A stretch of 64,000 nucleotides of DNA from Ascidiella aspersa (taxonomy: Eukaryota), in the NCBI GenBank assembly GCA_963924565.1, contig OZ004613.1, positions 16,306,001-16,370,000 on the forward strand, in the 5' to 3' direction. Positions within the stretch are counted from its first letter, which is position 1; each line of letters begins with the position of its first letter. The position numbers were made by a program, and so were the translations under genes. The notes under the pieces were generated by a model. The model made no database searches. It was given only the letters and a program-made list of their open reading frames with translations, and had not been told where the DNA came from. Of the stretch, positions 32,226 to 46,400 are shown in pieces.

Positions 32226-32453
32226 AAATATTTGGCGCTGGTTTAGAATCCTACGACATTCATTTTAACACTAACGAACCGAGTTGTCGAAGTTAAAATA
32301 GCATGAAAGGCATAAATATGTACCGTAGGAATAAATATAATAATAATACTTGACTCACCAAAACCGAAACGCTAACTCTCACCCTAACAACAAAGTATTG
32401 TAAGCAATATAAACCCCCGGACGAAAATATGTTAGGACCAGCGCCAAATATTT
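32226..32453. mobile_element. MITE with 17-bp perfect TIRs
   Basis: AAATATTTGGCGCTGGT / ACCAGCGCCAAATATTT; internal ctaactctcaccctaac. Confidence 0.75.
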
Positions 32454-35400
32454 TGTTAGTTGGTGCAGATTTTAATCAAAATATCGACTTTTAAAGCGAA
32501 CTTTAGGGAGTGTATTTTCTTTAGCTTTTGTAGTATGTGATTTCAACTTTAGGAATGATTTTAATCAATTAGTTCAGTACTAAATTAAGGTATAGAAAAT
32601 ATGTTTATATTGGTTGTAAAAGCGATATATGCATATTAACTATGGTTTTATTTTATGAATTGAGCTGTTATAGATATCTCACTGCTTGGCTTGTTAGTTT
32701 TTGTAATCAGTTTAAACCACAGGTTGAACATCAAAAAACTTCAATTTTTATAGTTAAACCATAATGATTTTAATTTTTAAATTAATTTAAATTACAATGT
32801 ATAATTGAAAATGACATAGCATTATGCTGTTTTGCCATGGTACTTGTTTAACTGGTTTATTGTCATTGTTTGCCTCGGTTATTTCTATTTTTTTTAGATA
32901 CTATTCTTAAAATCCTATTGTATTGGTATAAATCATAACAATTAGACCGAGGATGTTGTGAAGTTTTTCTGCTGTGATTAGGAAAGATAATAGTAGATGT
33001 ATCCATATATATATATGTTTAGTATTAAGCGGATTTTATTATTTGACATAATTTATATAAAATTGTATTTGTTTACAGCCAATTGCTACATGTGCAGAAG
33101 TTGTCCAGATCAAATCACATTGGTAGTTTGTTCTTATGTTGTGATCGATGTTTGTGAGCCACACAGGAAATATTGGGTGATTTATTCCATTCAGTATAAG
33201 TTTTATTGTTTGTTTTGATTAATTGATATCGAATGATGTAATGACTAATATGTGGTTGAACATCTTTTTATGTTAAAGAAGTGTTAATGACATTACAATG
33301 ATTGCAAAAAGATATTAAACTTTTTGATGTTTAGTTATTACAAGTTTAAAAAAAGTTATTTTATGTAAAAGTTATAACTATCAAATCATTCAAAAGACAA
33401 CCAAAATAGTTTGTCACTTTGTTGAAGCAATTATTATTAATTAAAGGCATGTTTATATATCAATGTTATTCAATATATCCACATATTGTGTTTCAGGTTG
33501 CAAATATGATTGTGAAACAAGGAACTTACAGTTGTTGCCTAACTGGCCTAGTAGTATGATATAGTCTGCCTATAGCTAGTGCTATGTTAAGTTCTCTTTC
33601 AAATACCGTTATTACAGTTTGTATAAATTTACTGATGCTTGCAAGGTATTTCATTAAGTTTTATCAGGCGTGACAGGACCTCAGTGGTGAATTTCTCCAA
33701 ATTTATGCTAAAATAACAAAGGGTAGTATTGGCTTGTCAGTTTGAATATTTACTAATGACCCTTTTTAGGATGAACTTTGGTACTTTTAGCCTGTATGAT
33801 GTTAAATTAAAATTAGGGTCGATTCAGCTTTATCCAGGTTATTGCTAATATGTCTATGGATGCTTTAATTTTGAAATTAAAGTCTTTAGAAGTTACACCA
33901 ATACAGATAATTAGTTAGATAGTTTGCATGTTATAGTGTGAAACAGATATCCTGTACTATTTTCGTCCTGTTTAAAGTTAATCCTATTTTATTATCTTCG
34001 CCTGTTTGACTGCAACACATTAAGCAAGTATAAAAATATCATTTTTGTAAAATAGTCAAGTGAGATGTCTTGATAGATACATGGCAATAGTGTCTTACAT
34101 CATACATGTTGTTGTGTTAAAAAAAACGTTCGGACAAGTCTAATTATGATTGATATAAGCTACTTGGCAACCAGCCACATTGCAATTGTGTTGACAAGCC
34201 ACAAACTCTAACTCAGTGACATGGCTTTTACATCGATTTTTAATTTTGGTGCTTTAGGTTGTATCCAAGTAAATGATGCGTTTGTTTTGGAAAATAGGTT
34301 AAGTCGATTTTCTCCCTGTGTCAACTGAAATATGTTATTAATCCAATTGCCTATAGTCTTTCCATGCACTTTACTGGGCCCATTTCGTTGATTTTCCTTG
34401 ATTGGCTAAATTGGCGCAATTGCTATCTGGTGGTCTCTAACTAGAAGCAAACCTGCTCTGTGTAAATGAAAATTAGAAATACGGCAAAACGATTTTTAGT
34501 TATTGAAATATAATAAGTTCGTTATAACTGGCAATTCATTTCAAAGGAGTTGAGACAGACAAAGCGTCAGTGGCTAGTTTGATAATTTTTTTAATTCAAG
34601 TTATCTATATAACGCTTGCTATTTGCATAATAAAGTGACTTATTTGTAAAAGTATTTGTTTACTGCAATGCCTCGTTAATGACGAAACTTTTGCTGAAAT
34701 ATTTTTGATCAGTTAATTTTTTTTTTGAAGTACTAATGTACGACCTTAAAAGATAATTAATTAGTAAGGTGTCCGTGCGATGGCAGATCTATAAAGTGGC
34801 TTTCAATGGACTACTGCTTGTTATCCCTGTAGGCAAGCAATTGAAAATGACTCCTACAACATTTTATCATCATAATAATTTTAAGTAAAAGTATAAGTTT
34901 ACAGGAATATATTTACTGCATTCTGTTAATAAGGATAATGTGAACATTGCGTCTCATAAAGAACTTATTTCGAAGCTGGTGACAATTTTTTTTTGTTTTG
35001 TTAATTCTTTTTTATTAATCACTGGTACCTATTTTTCATATTTGATGTATGAAAGACTTCGTCGGTATGACATTCCTTAACGTGTTAGACCGCAACCTAA
35101 CTTGTTGTTTTCTCTTCGGTTGTTAATCTAAATCTGAAAAAAAAATTTACTAGAGGCAGATCGCGTTAGCTTATGACTAACCTGATGTTTTTATTGACAC
35201 TCAGAACACCTAATGATTAGGTTGTTTCAGTTTACATAAAGTCTAATTGTCTTGAAACAAATTGCTTTTATTTGGGTTAAATTGACAGAAACTTGCAAAT
35301 TTAAGTAAAAAATTAAAGTAAAAGTTAGCAAAAAATACAGTTATGGCGGCCATGGCCTAATGATCCCCACGTGTTTGTGATTGACGGAAGCGCAATAGTT

Positions 35401-38400
35401 CACATGATGCGTATACTAGAATCTCGTCATTTTTTTTCTAGTCTACAATTTGCGTAAGTGCATTGTGTTTGAGATATTGTAGGATGTAAGAACCAACGAT
35501 GATTTCACTCTTTGGTCAGTTGTTTTCTATTCAATTTTTTTTTATTATAATTTATTTAGTGTTTTTACAGTATTCCATAAGACAAATATGTTTTGCACCA
35601 CGTAGTTGGATTATATCACTGCAAAAATCCTATTTTCTACAATTTCGGGGGAGAAACATGAAGCTCGACAAGGTTTTACATAAGATTTGATCAATTTCGT
35701 CAAAGTTTAAGAAAGTGTCAAACTATTTTGTGATGACACATTATGATAAAGCGGCAACACAATCAAATCTTAAAAGTCACATCAGTTAGTATATGTCCCC
35801 AGGATAGAGTGTGTTGCGCAATCGCGTGTAATGTATATAGCGTTTTGTGGAATTTTTTTATGAAAATAAGGCTAACTATTTATATGGTGAGTCATTAATT
35901 TCAATGAAAAAAACTTGTTAATGTCAATGAGTCACGAAACTTATTACACAGCACATGTTAAAAGTGAATCTTTTACTTTCTGCCAAAGATTAAATGTTTT
36001 AATGTAATTAGTGGCTGCGTTGTAGTATGAAGTAAACTTTTGACATTACGGTAAATATTATTTTTTAAATTGGAAGTGGACGGACACTTTTATATAAATC
36101 ACTTCGCGACACCAATATTTTATATATATCCTATTTATTCTGTATCCCGATAAAGTAAGAAATAACAATTATGTTTATTCGGATTGTTATCCATAGAAAT
36201 ATTATACGTAACTGATTAACTTAACATGTTAAATATCTAATCGGTAAATGACGGTTCCAAAGCTTGAACGTAGTGTTTATTTCGTACAATGTCACACGTA
36301 CCCACCAATAGGCCTACATAAATAAAAATTGTGTATTTTTTACTAAGGTTTTGAAATTTTTGATTTATAACTATGGTTTGACCTAATTAGTTTACATAAT
36401 GAAATATGTTGTTATTTTTGTGTAAATGTGTAACTTGATTATTGAAACAGTTATTACTCATCGTTTTAAAAGGTCAATGTAATTTCCAATATCACATATT
36501 CAGTGAAACATTGTTTAAAAGGTTAAATATTAAACATGCTGTTTATTAATAATTATTACTACTTTTGATTTCCTGAATATTTTATTTACAAGTTGATTAG
36601 TCAAAGGAACTTTAAAGGAACAATATAGCCTGGAGGCGTTAAATTTTGAAACGTACCGTTTTACTTATTTCGTTTTGTATAAACTGCATATGTTCCTGAT
36701 TAAAATCTTGTGTAAACAGATCGTTAACAACTTCGTTTTAAACATATATTTTTGTTGAAAGTAAGATGCATAAACTCCTTAACTTTTTTAAAGATATCTA
36801 AATGTATTTGAAAAGCGTCATAATCCGCAAGTTGTAATAGACGGCAATTTTACTCCCTACATTGTTGACTTAAATATACTGTAGTTTGTCCAACCTTCTA
36901 ACTAAGGGTACCACTTACAAGTTTGTTTTCTTAATAAACAACCAATATCGCCATGCAAATATTTAATGCAAACTGTGGTAAATACAGAGTAAAGTATTGC
37001 TTACTGTTTCTTAATTCTGATGTAGCCTTCGGGCTTATAAAAGCAACTTTATTTGCGAACTTTAACATCTTTTTAACGAAAAAATGTTTTTTAACATTAT
37101 TTTTTGTGTGAAATACCAAGGACAATTAAAGCAAATTCCCTACGGCTAAGTTAAAGGTCGTAAGGTTAGAAACATATATCAAATGATTAAGTTAAGCATT
37201 CAAAAGCTTTTAATCAAAACAATGTTTTTTGACAGTTAACTGGCAAGCTGTGAGAAAGAACGGCCTGGTCTATTGATTTAATGACAAAGCAACAGTCTCC
37301 TTTTGATCATTATCTGTAATGCCTTCAGTGGCGCTTACTAATTATAGTCGATGGCAATTTTCATTACATTTTCAATTGCATTTGGCCTCAGGGCGGCATT
37401 CCAGTATAATGAATATCTCGATATCTCAAAATAGTTTTTAACTAAAACAGTGTGGTACCGTTGTACGAACTTTGCAATTGTGAGATATAGAAAAACAAAA
37501 ATAACAGAATCTTAGTTTGTATTTTTACATACAGGCTTTAAGAAAATTGAACTGCAATAACAAGCAATGCCTTTATTCAATACAACATCGTGTTAGGATT
37601 ACTTTGCAATCCAAGAAAAGCGTCCAATAAAACTATATTTCATTCTTATAACCTCTAAATATAACCAAAATTATTATAATTTTGCACAGGTATCGTCTTC
37701 ATTCAAGATTTGATAGTTGTCAGAGGTACTTAAACCTGCTACATTTATTTGTCTTGTTTAGGAAAATAAACAATAACTGGTCACAGTCCTGCCCTTTCCC
37801 ACGCGTATGCTACATAATTTAATTGGCAATTGGAACTTATGATTGCAAGGAGCTACGTTACAAAAAACACCAAAATGCTACATTGTTCTGTCCAAGTATC
37901 CTTCTCATCATAACGCGCAGTGCGCAACGAAACAGCTTGTTAATTGCCGCAATATTTTCCTGTGATGCGTTTCCTGAATTGTGACCCAGAAGTATAGTGT
38001 AGCGACCGATTGCACAAAGCTGGGCGAATTAACAACCTGTTTGGGCGTTTTGCTGTGGATATGGCGGCATTGTGTCATGTTTACGTTGTTTAGTGTCACT
38101 CGCGGCTGTATGGTAAACTAAGCCACAAGCTGCTGTGAATGGAAATCCAGTAGTAACTTTAATGCAGGTTTATAAAATGTTGTCAAGTTTCATTTGTATT
38201 TTTATATTAATTTTTATTCAATAATGTTTTTGATAATTTAGGCTTTCTTTTATCGATTTGCGAAAATATGTTGGGGTATTGTTATTTATTTGTAGATAAA
38301 AGGATGATTCAGACAATCCCTTAGTTGCGAGTATATAAGGAAAGTAATTGCAGTACGCGCAGGATTTGCAGAACTCAATATTTGACTCACCACGTATCTG

Positions 38401-41400
38401 AAATGCACCTTGTGCGATCTTCTATGTACACACTCGTGCGCGCGCACACACAACACGCAAATCATAAGCTTCAGCCCTATTGTTGTATTTGTGCTGTTAC
38501 TGTTAGTGTAACTAGATCGCGAGTGAACGTGTTGTTGTTAAGTAAACTTTGTGGTTGAATCGCCTGGGCCGCAAATGTCAAAAGATGCCTGCCATTTTTC
38601 TGTTTTAGGCTTTAACTGGACAGTCGAAAAAGTAGCGGGTTTGTACAGGTGGTCATTTAATTGGAGTTTGGTTGTATGTACTGCAGGAAATATTTTGTTA
38701 CTTTTTGGGTTACACGAGTCGACTGTTAAACACCGCACAATTGCAAAAATGACTATAACTGAAAATTATTGGCAACTCGGATGGCCAGTCTGGCCAGAAA
38801 GAAAAAGATATGACACGTATGTTTGCAAGTACTTTGTCGTTTGTCTTCGCATTTCGGAAATTGCCTGCTACTAGTGCAATTAAGCTAAAGGCTTATTGTC
38901 GTTTGGACGATCGCCACGTTTCAATAATGCCTTTGCCTAAATTTGCATTCATCAGCTAATTTGGTCCAACTCTTTGCTATAGTTGGAAATGTCAATAAGA
39001 TACAACTGCAGGGAGTATGTAACATTTCTTTAACAAACTAATATCGATCATTTTGCAATAATCATAGAAGTATCGATTTGTTGTATTGCCTCTTACTTGG
39101 CATTAAACAGCGATATTGATTTTTGTTGTGGCACTACAATTGCAACTTGGCGCACTCCACTAACTGTTTTGACCGTTTAACTGTAATTGTCTCCAAGGAT
39201 GGTATTTTGCATACAAATATAGCTTGAAATGTGTCTGTGCAAACTAACCTCATATTTGTAAGCGATGTTGTCATTTATATGGAAGTAAAATCATCCTGTA
39301 ACAATAATTTTATTATCCATTTTGTTATCTTTGCATATCCATTATAGTTTCCGCTTTTCAAAAGGGTCACAACACGACTGTCCAAGACTGCCCCTAGCTA
39401 GCCAGGAAACATTCTCTGTCGCATCATAACACGAGACCGCTCAGCACTTGTTTACGTTGAAAAGTACCCGTCCGATGTACAGAACGAACATAAGTAACAA
39501 TGGTATCCATCTTTTTCTTTAAGCATGTATTAAAATAGATAAAACACTATGCATAGAAACGTATATAAACCACATAAGATGCGTATTGTTCCAGGTTGAC
39601 TTTAGCGTTACATTTTTTAAATCTATATTTTCAAATAAGTTGTGCTAATTTTTGTTCTTCATAGGGTGTGAATTCTTTCGTAGGTACTCAAAATACATCG
39701 TGTATATGCTTAAGCAGCTTAAGTGTTTAGCTGTATTTACATATAAATCTCTTTCAGCTGGTTGTAACTTGTTTTGATACGTTAGGTATCTAGCACAAAC
39801 ATTAGAGAATGTTGTTTCCCATAATTTACCTTTTTCCTTGTAGCCTTGCGCTGGAGCATGTATTGTTTTGATTTAAAGACTGTATAGTACTTCCCACCGT
39901 TGATAGAATTCTCTATTGTTTTTATTGTCTTTCCAGTGGCGATGAAAAAGTTGCATGCCATTGTGAGGGCGATTGTAAACTAGGTCATTCAACCACAGCA
40001 CAATAGTGATTTGAAAAGGCCAACGGCGCCCGGGGCTGGTCTTGTAGAGTAGTGATTTTTGCCCCCAGCGGGCATTGGTTATGGAGTCTTGATTTCACGC
40101 TGACCCTATTGTACTGGCTAGTTGAAGAAAGGTCTAGTGTTGAGCAGATGGCATTTACTTTCTTGATTTTTAATTTTCGCGCATTAGTTCTTGTTTTATA
40201 TCAGAATTTCATGTCAAAAGTAAGAGCAGCGAGATGTAATACACTCCAGAGCTTAACAGTCAGTAGTTGTATATTCGCAAAGTTGCAAATAGATTACTAT
40301 TTTGCACAGAAACCATGCAGTTTGCGATATTTCAAATATTGATCTAATGACGTCAAAGACGAAAGTGTCTTTATCATATTTTATAGAGATGGGTAAAGTT
40401 GAATAATAAAAGAGTCGCTTGCGAAATACTGACACACAAGCAGGCCACACAATCTGTGGTGTCAATACAAATACGTTGAACGATACCATTACTCTTCAGT
40501 TAAGATAAAATCAAAAGCTTGTTGCAGTTTAATCACCTCTGGTATTGGCTAGCACTCTAGTCGACATACATATTTTGTTTTATTTTATGTTGCCGGTACG
40601 TGTTAATGATTATGGGAAATATTACTCAAAAATTATAATAATTATCAACTTCGTATGGTTTCGTACAGCCTATTAATTTCGCACATGCTAATTTTTGTCG
40701 TTTTTCGGAAAGTGCCAATGACGTTCTTAGTTTGCGTAATTCCAAGATATACATGACGTAATGCACGAATAACTTGCTCATCAATGTAGGCATCTGTAAG
40801 CGTTCGCTTGCGTAACTGCCAACGCTTCTCATGTGCTTTGAGATTTTAGGCTTGCATGATGTCACGCAAAACGTAAAAGGAATGAATTTTCTAAAAACAC
40901 CCTCAATGCACGACTTGTATTGGGTAACTTTAATAGATTGCTATTATTTAATGACTTAGTAAATGTACCGAAAATAGTAAATGTACCGAAATAGTTGCGC
41001 AGTTGTACTATTTGCGTGGAGTAGTTAAAATAATATATTTACCCATACTGTTGCGTCGACTCAGGAAAGTTGTTAGTTTACTTTTTATCAAAGAATAGTA
41101 TCGTTAGTTGCTCCAGTAGAGCAGAGTTGTAATCGATTGTACGTGGGAAAAAGTGTAAGTATCTAATACGGCTAGTTGCAAACAAAACATATGGTGGACT
41201 TGATTTTGCTGGCGATTAACGGCAAACCAGCAGTGAGTACTTCCACAGTACAGTACTTTAGATGTTTTCGTATTCACAGCCCAAATATGATAGCAGCGAT
41301 GGCAGAAAGTCGCCAATGAGATCGTTAGCTAACAAAGCTCTTCTGAACTTTTAACGATAAACTAGTTTTTTGCTACTTGTACAGGTTAAACAGAAATAAA

Positions 41401-42020
41401 GGAAATGTTTTTTGGTGCTCGTTAGTACACATTTATACGCATTGTATCATATCTTCATTACATTTTAAGGTTAAATTTACGATCGACCTTTTAACGGAAT
41501 GTTTGTTGTTGCATTATCGATCCGTATAAACCTTATTGGTTTGTAGATGCGCTCGTGACAAAATCAACAGGCATTTAGGAATCGCGAGAGTAATGTTTGA
41601 ATATGGCAGTGGTTAAAAATTAACAAAAGGATCAAAATTGTCTGTTTGTTTTCTGTTTGGCGTCTATTATTGTGATTATGTGACTTAAATCACATCTTAT
41701 TTCATATCTTTCTTCTATAATTATGGTTATTACACATGAACAGCTGGTATTTGTTGCTTTTTTTTATTCAAATGAAAGTAATCACAGCATAATTTTAGTT
41801 TCTGTGGAGGTAAGCTTTTTGGTAAAATGAACTTTATTTTTAGGTTGTCTAGGATTGTATTTTAATTGTTACACAATACTCTTCTGAATATGGCATTTGA
41901 CTGACAATGGATTACTTTTTTGACCACAATAACTTGTGTAGCCCTTTGTCACTACTAAACTTTATCTGATTATAACCGAAAAAAACAAAGAAGTTAAGCC
42001 AAGCATCAAGGAATGGGCAT

Positions 42021-43493
42021 ATGATCGCTAACAATAATGTTTCAGTAATGAATGACGTCAGTCACAATGTCTCTCGAGAACTAACTTCAGCAATGCAAAG
42101 TGTCCCACATGTGCCCCCAGTTGGTTTCTCACCTTCAACACATGGTGATCCAAGTTCTGCAGCTGCACAATCAATATACCCACAGTCCTATGTGTCTCCA
42201 TATGAGGGTGGTTCTGCATTAACTACGCCATACAATCGAGAAAGCATGTTTCCAAATCAATCTGGAAGTTCTGCACCACCATTGCCATTTGGTGGAATAA
42301 ACGACATAGCACCCTCGCTTTTCGGCTCAGGGATGCTTGGGTCTCACCATTATCACCACCCTGCGACTCACCCCTTGCATATAACACCCCGTACTAATCC
42401 AGGCTTGTTGAATTATGGGCAGTCACCCATCCAACCACCATCACAGCACTTGTTTCCTTCTCCATCCTACCCAGGTTACCCCAATCCTCTTCATTTGCCA
42501 CCAAGTCAACCAATGACAGATCGAAACCTTCTTTTTAACCCAATGATTTCAAGGTAATAAGAACAATTAAAAAACATGAAAATGATTTTTTTAAATATAT
42601 TTTTGACAAAAAGTTTTAAAAATATTTTTCATTGTTGTCTATTGCTGTTTAAAGGATGCTCTCATATACATGCAATATAACTGGATTTTCAGTCGAATTT
42701 CAAAACCTCACAACTGACAATCTTATCAATTATTCAAAACCAACTGGACTAAAAGTATTCTATAAAATGTTAAATGTTACCTCCTATCTTTTTTCCAGAC
42801 AAGTTGGTTTGATTGTTCTTTTAAAATAGTGCATTTAGCTTAAATCCCCTTTTGTAATTAATGAAACAATATTAGATTAAAAGTGCAAGATTTGAATGAA
42901 ACAAATCTATTTACCTAGGCCCTCAGAGACTTTTTTAATCGAACACCTTGTTTGTATTGTGTGACCTGTCATTGTCCTAAATGGGTTCGAGAATATGCCA
43001 AATTTATATATTCGGGCAACATGGTATGCAGTTATGTCATTGTATTGGCAATCTTACTTATAACACAATTCCGAAATCACATATATATTTTTTAGATTTC
43101 CAAGTCTACATCACAGAGGCAGCTCTCCATTGTCTGCATATGGAATGGGTGCAGAAAACTCTTTACGACAACCATTTTCTTCTCTTTTGCATGGACCTAA
43201 TGGTATTTATGCAATTTAATTTCAATGTGATTTTACTATTAAATTGTCAAACAAGTTCTCTTAAGTGCAATAGGTTTTGCCCCACATTGTATTACTTAGC
43301 AAAGTTATCTTATATACTACTTCTTAGTGTACAGTAAAAATATTATACACATGCTTTGGTTATATTAGTTAATTTATTGCACACTATAATTTATTTTTTA
43401 AACACAAATTTTGCAGACCGCAAGTGCTTACCATCTTCTCCATCAACAAACATTACCAACAATTCTGATTTGGATCCACGTGGTGATATGAAT
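42021..43493 (+). CDS. Tet: Tet exons 1-3 (42021-42553, 43096-43202, 43417-43493): Pro/Ser/His-rich N-terminus
   Basis: Open frames, canonical splice sites and phases 2/1/0 leading in frame into the CXXC exon. Confidence 0.78.
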
Positions 43494-46400
43494 GTAAGAT
43501 TATGCAAAAATATTATATAAATAAATATCTTGTAATACACTCCATATGGCATAGTGCTTGTACACAATACTTTTTTAAAGTGCATATATTAAAATAAATG
43601 TATTCTTCTTATGTCAGATTTTGATAAATATACAATGTTGTAGAAGAAGTGGCTGCTTTGTGAAAATTTAACAGCAGAAAGCTTATGAATATTTTATGTG
43701 TTTGTAACAAGGCAAAATGTTCATCTCGGGGCCTCTCACAATGTAAACTAAATTATTATCTCATTTTTTAATTTGAAATTCTTCATAATAAATTTCTGAT
43801 AGAATTCTCGAAAGAAAAGAAAAGCATGTGGCCATTGTGGGCCATGTCAGAGGAAGGAGAACTGTGGGTCATGTATGAATTGTATCAATAGAGCCAAAGG
43901 AAAACAAATTTGCATTCACAGAAAATGTGAAATCTTGAAAAAAAAGGTAAGTAATGCAATATAACCACTTATAGCAAATATATACCTCTTTTCAACAACT
44001 TGTTTTTTCCTAAACCCGTATATTAATTTGCTTAAATAACTTTAAAAATAATCATCATAGTACACACAAGAAAGTTTAACATGTTAATTTTTGTTGTCAT
44101 TATATCACATAAGTAATAGGCAATTAATAAATGTTATATTCAGTTTGTGATAAGTATTTCTGGGAAACCTTATTCTTTGTAATGTTGTGAACCTTTTATT
44201 ATTTTCGAGTGTTTGCTTTTTCAATATAGTTTTGCCCTAATCCTAATTTATTTGCTCATTGTTCCTATCAACGTCGTGATTAACCCAACACCTGAGCTAT
44301 ATCATCTGACAATGCCCAGTCCGTTATACTTTGTTTGCCGAACCAATTTTGTGACAAAAGGACAATCCCGCTTGACTGTTGAGGTTTCTTTGTTTACCAC
44401 AGGAAGTGAAATAATAACGGCTTAGGAGTTGCTTTAAACGGGGCAGTTATTAGGCCCTTTTGCCTCATTTCATTTTCACTGGTCGTTTTTGCTGACAGAT
44501 ATAAATCTTTCGGAATAAGTTGTTTTTTCTGTTCCATTCTTGAGGATAACAAAAAAAACGAACGCTGCCTTCGCCCGCGCAATAATATATTTCTCCTTTT
44601 TTGTTTTGTTAGTCCTCCTTTCAGCTTTTTATCTGTGGACAATATCTCCATGTGTAGCATCAAAGTCGATGAACGGTGAAACGTCGGGATTAAATTTTAC
44701 CTAGCTCTAGCTTGTATAACATTCTGAACTTTATCAAAACGAGATGACATTTGTTTGGCATTAAAGCTTAAATCTGAATATTAAATCACTGTAGTAATTC
44801 GGGCTACGAAACTGCTTTGCTTAAAACATGCAAATGATGAACGACATTCAACTTTTTCTCTTTATTCGAGTTTGTGAACAAGTAAAATTATAAAGTGGGG
44901 TTAGATAGAGATTAATGGTATTTGATGTACCGGAAAATTTCTGGTTTTCCTCACACAGACATTGCTACACTGACTCAGTGTTGGTATTTCCTGTTATTAC
45001 ATTTCGCTTTTCCGCAAGCTCGGATAGCTTTATGGTTGATTAATGTTCAAAAGAGAAAGACCAAAACAATAGTGGATTTACGCTTACAGGCCATTTACTG
45101 AAACATACTGTATTGCACTGTAACAGAGTTCGATCAGATTATATTTCCTTGAAATCGTTCGTACATTGTAACAATCAAACTAAGAGTGTTGATGTACGTA
45201 AAGTGTAGCTAGCGCAAAAATGCACGTATATAAACATTTAAATTATTGTAAAGAAAGGATTAACTATTAACATTTCGAAACAAACGTTAAAGATAGTACT
45301 TCGTAATTGTAACACCGTTTATAAATGTAATCTTCGTCTAACATGACAATGGTGATTCTCTTACTTGGGTTTGTGGAAAGATGTTCTAATTAATGTTAAT
45401 GACGATTTTATTGATTCGTCTAAAACTACCTGTTCTAGCCACGTGGTAAGGGTATAGTATAGCACTACGTTTAATAGCAGGGCACACTTTACTTCAGTTA
45501 GCCAAATAAACCATTTCTGTGTCACGCACACTAATACACTTGGAAGCAAAAGGGCGCATCTGTTGAAGTAGCCAATTCAAAACGAGTGCCCTGTTTGACC
45601 CCATTAGCTTTTATAGGGAAACACTGTTGTTTCACTCCACAGTTAGATCGGCCTCTTTTCTCACGGCCACTTAAAACATGTTGTTTTGTTTGCTTTGTCT
45701 CCTTTGCCAGTCTTTGCACTCGCTCACCCAACAATATTAAGTTTCACTAGATCTGCTGTACAAGTAACCTGTATGTAGCACTTCTAAACCAGCTTCTACG
45801 TTTGATGGCCCATTTACTCCACAAACATTTATAATACTGGCTTTTATACAGACCGTATGATGTAGCTACTATGATAACAGCGTAGTACGTTTTGCGTGTT
45901 TTCTTTACATTTGCCAAGTAAATAATGTCCATTACATGGAGAATTTAAGAACGGTTGATATCATTCAGTTTTAACAATGTTAACGACAATTCACACCTTT
46001 GCAACGTTTTTATTATTTGCTTGGTATAACCAAGAGGAAAGAAAAATTGATCATGTCAAGACTGATGTACGTGGTCTTACTCCTGCTTCAGTTTTTTTCA
46101 AATATCTAGCCATTATTTTAAACCGTAGCTAAAAGCTTTTTCTTCTTTTTATTTTGCATTTTTGTCTGAAACGTGTTCATAACGTGGGATTCCATCTGTG
46201 CCCGGTTGGAATATACGAGATCCAACAATTATGAGCAACATTAATTACTACTGTGCCAAGCGTAGTTATTAATCCGTGCAGGTCGACTTTTCATGTGGCC
46301 ACTTTGAAGGCGGCGAGGTCAAGCTGGTGATCTGGTTTGGTTGCGGTCAACGCAACTTTGTGATTTTGACTCTAATTGCTCGTTGTACCACTCTGCCAAT

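Noticed and set aside
33231-33303. pre-miRNA or snoRNA hairpin in the putative Tet 5' region
   Set aside because: Only short tgtaatg/cattaca and aacat/atgtt pairings; the central stem is unpaired and there is no clear C/D box pair.
41810-41843. Intron between a GTAAGC donor and the Tet exon 1 acceptor
   Set aside because: It would be only 34 nt, probably too short; the upstream exon structure cannot be resolved from sequence alone.
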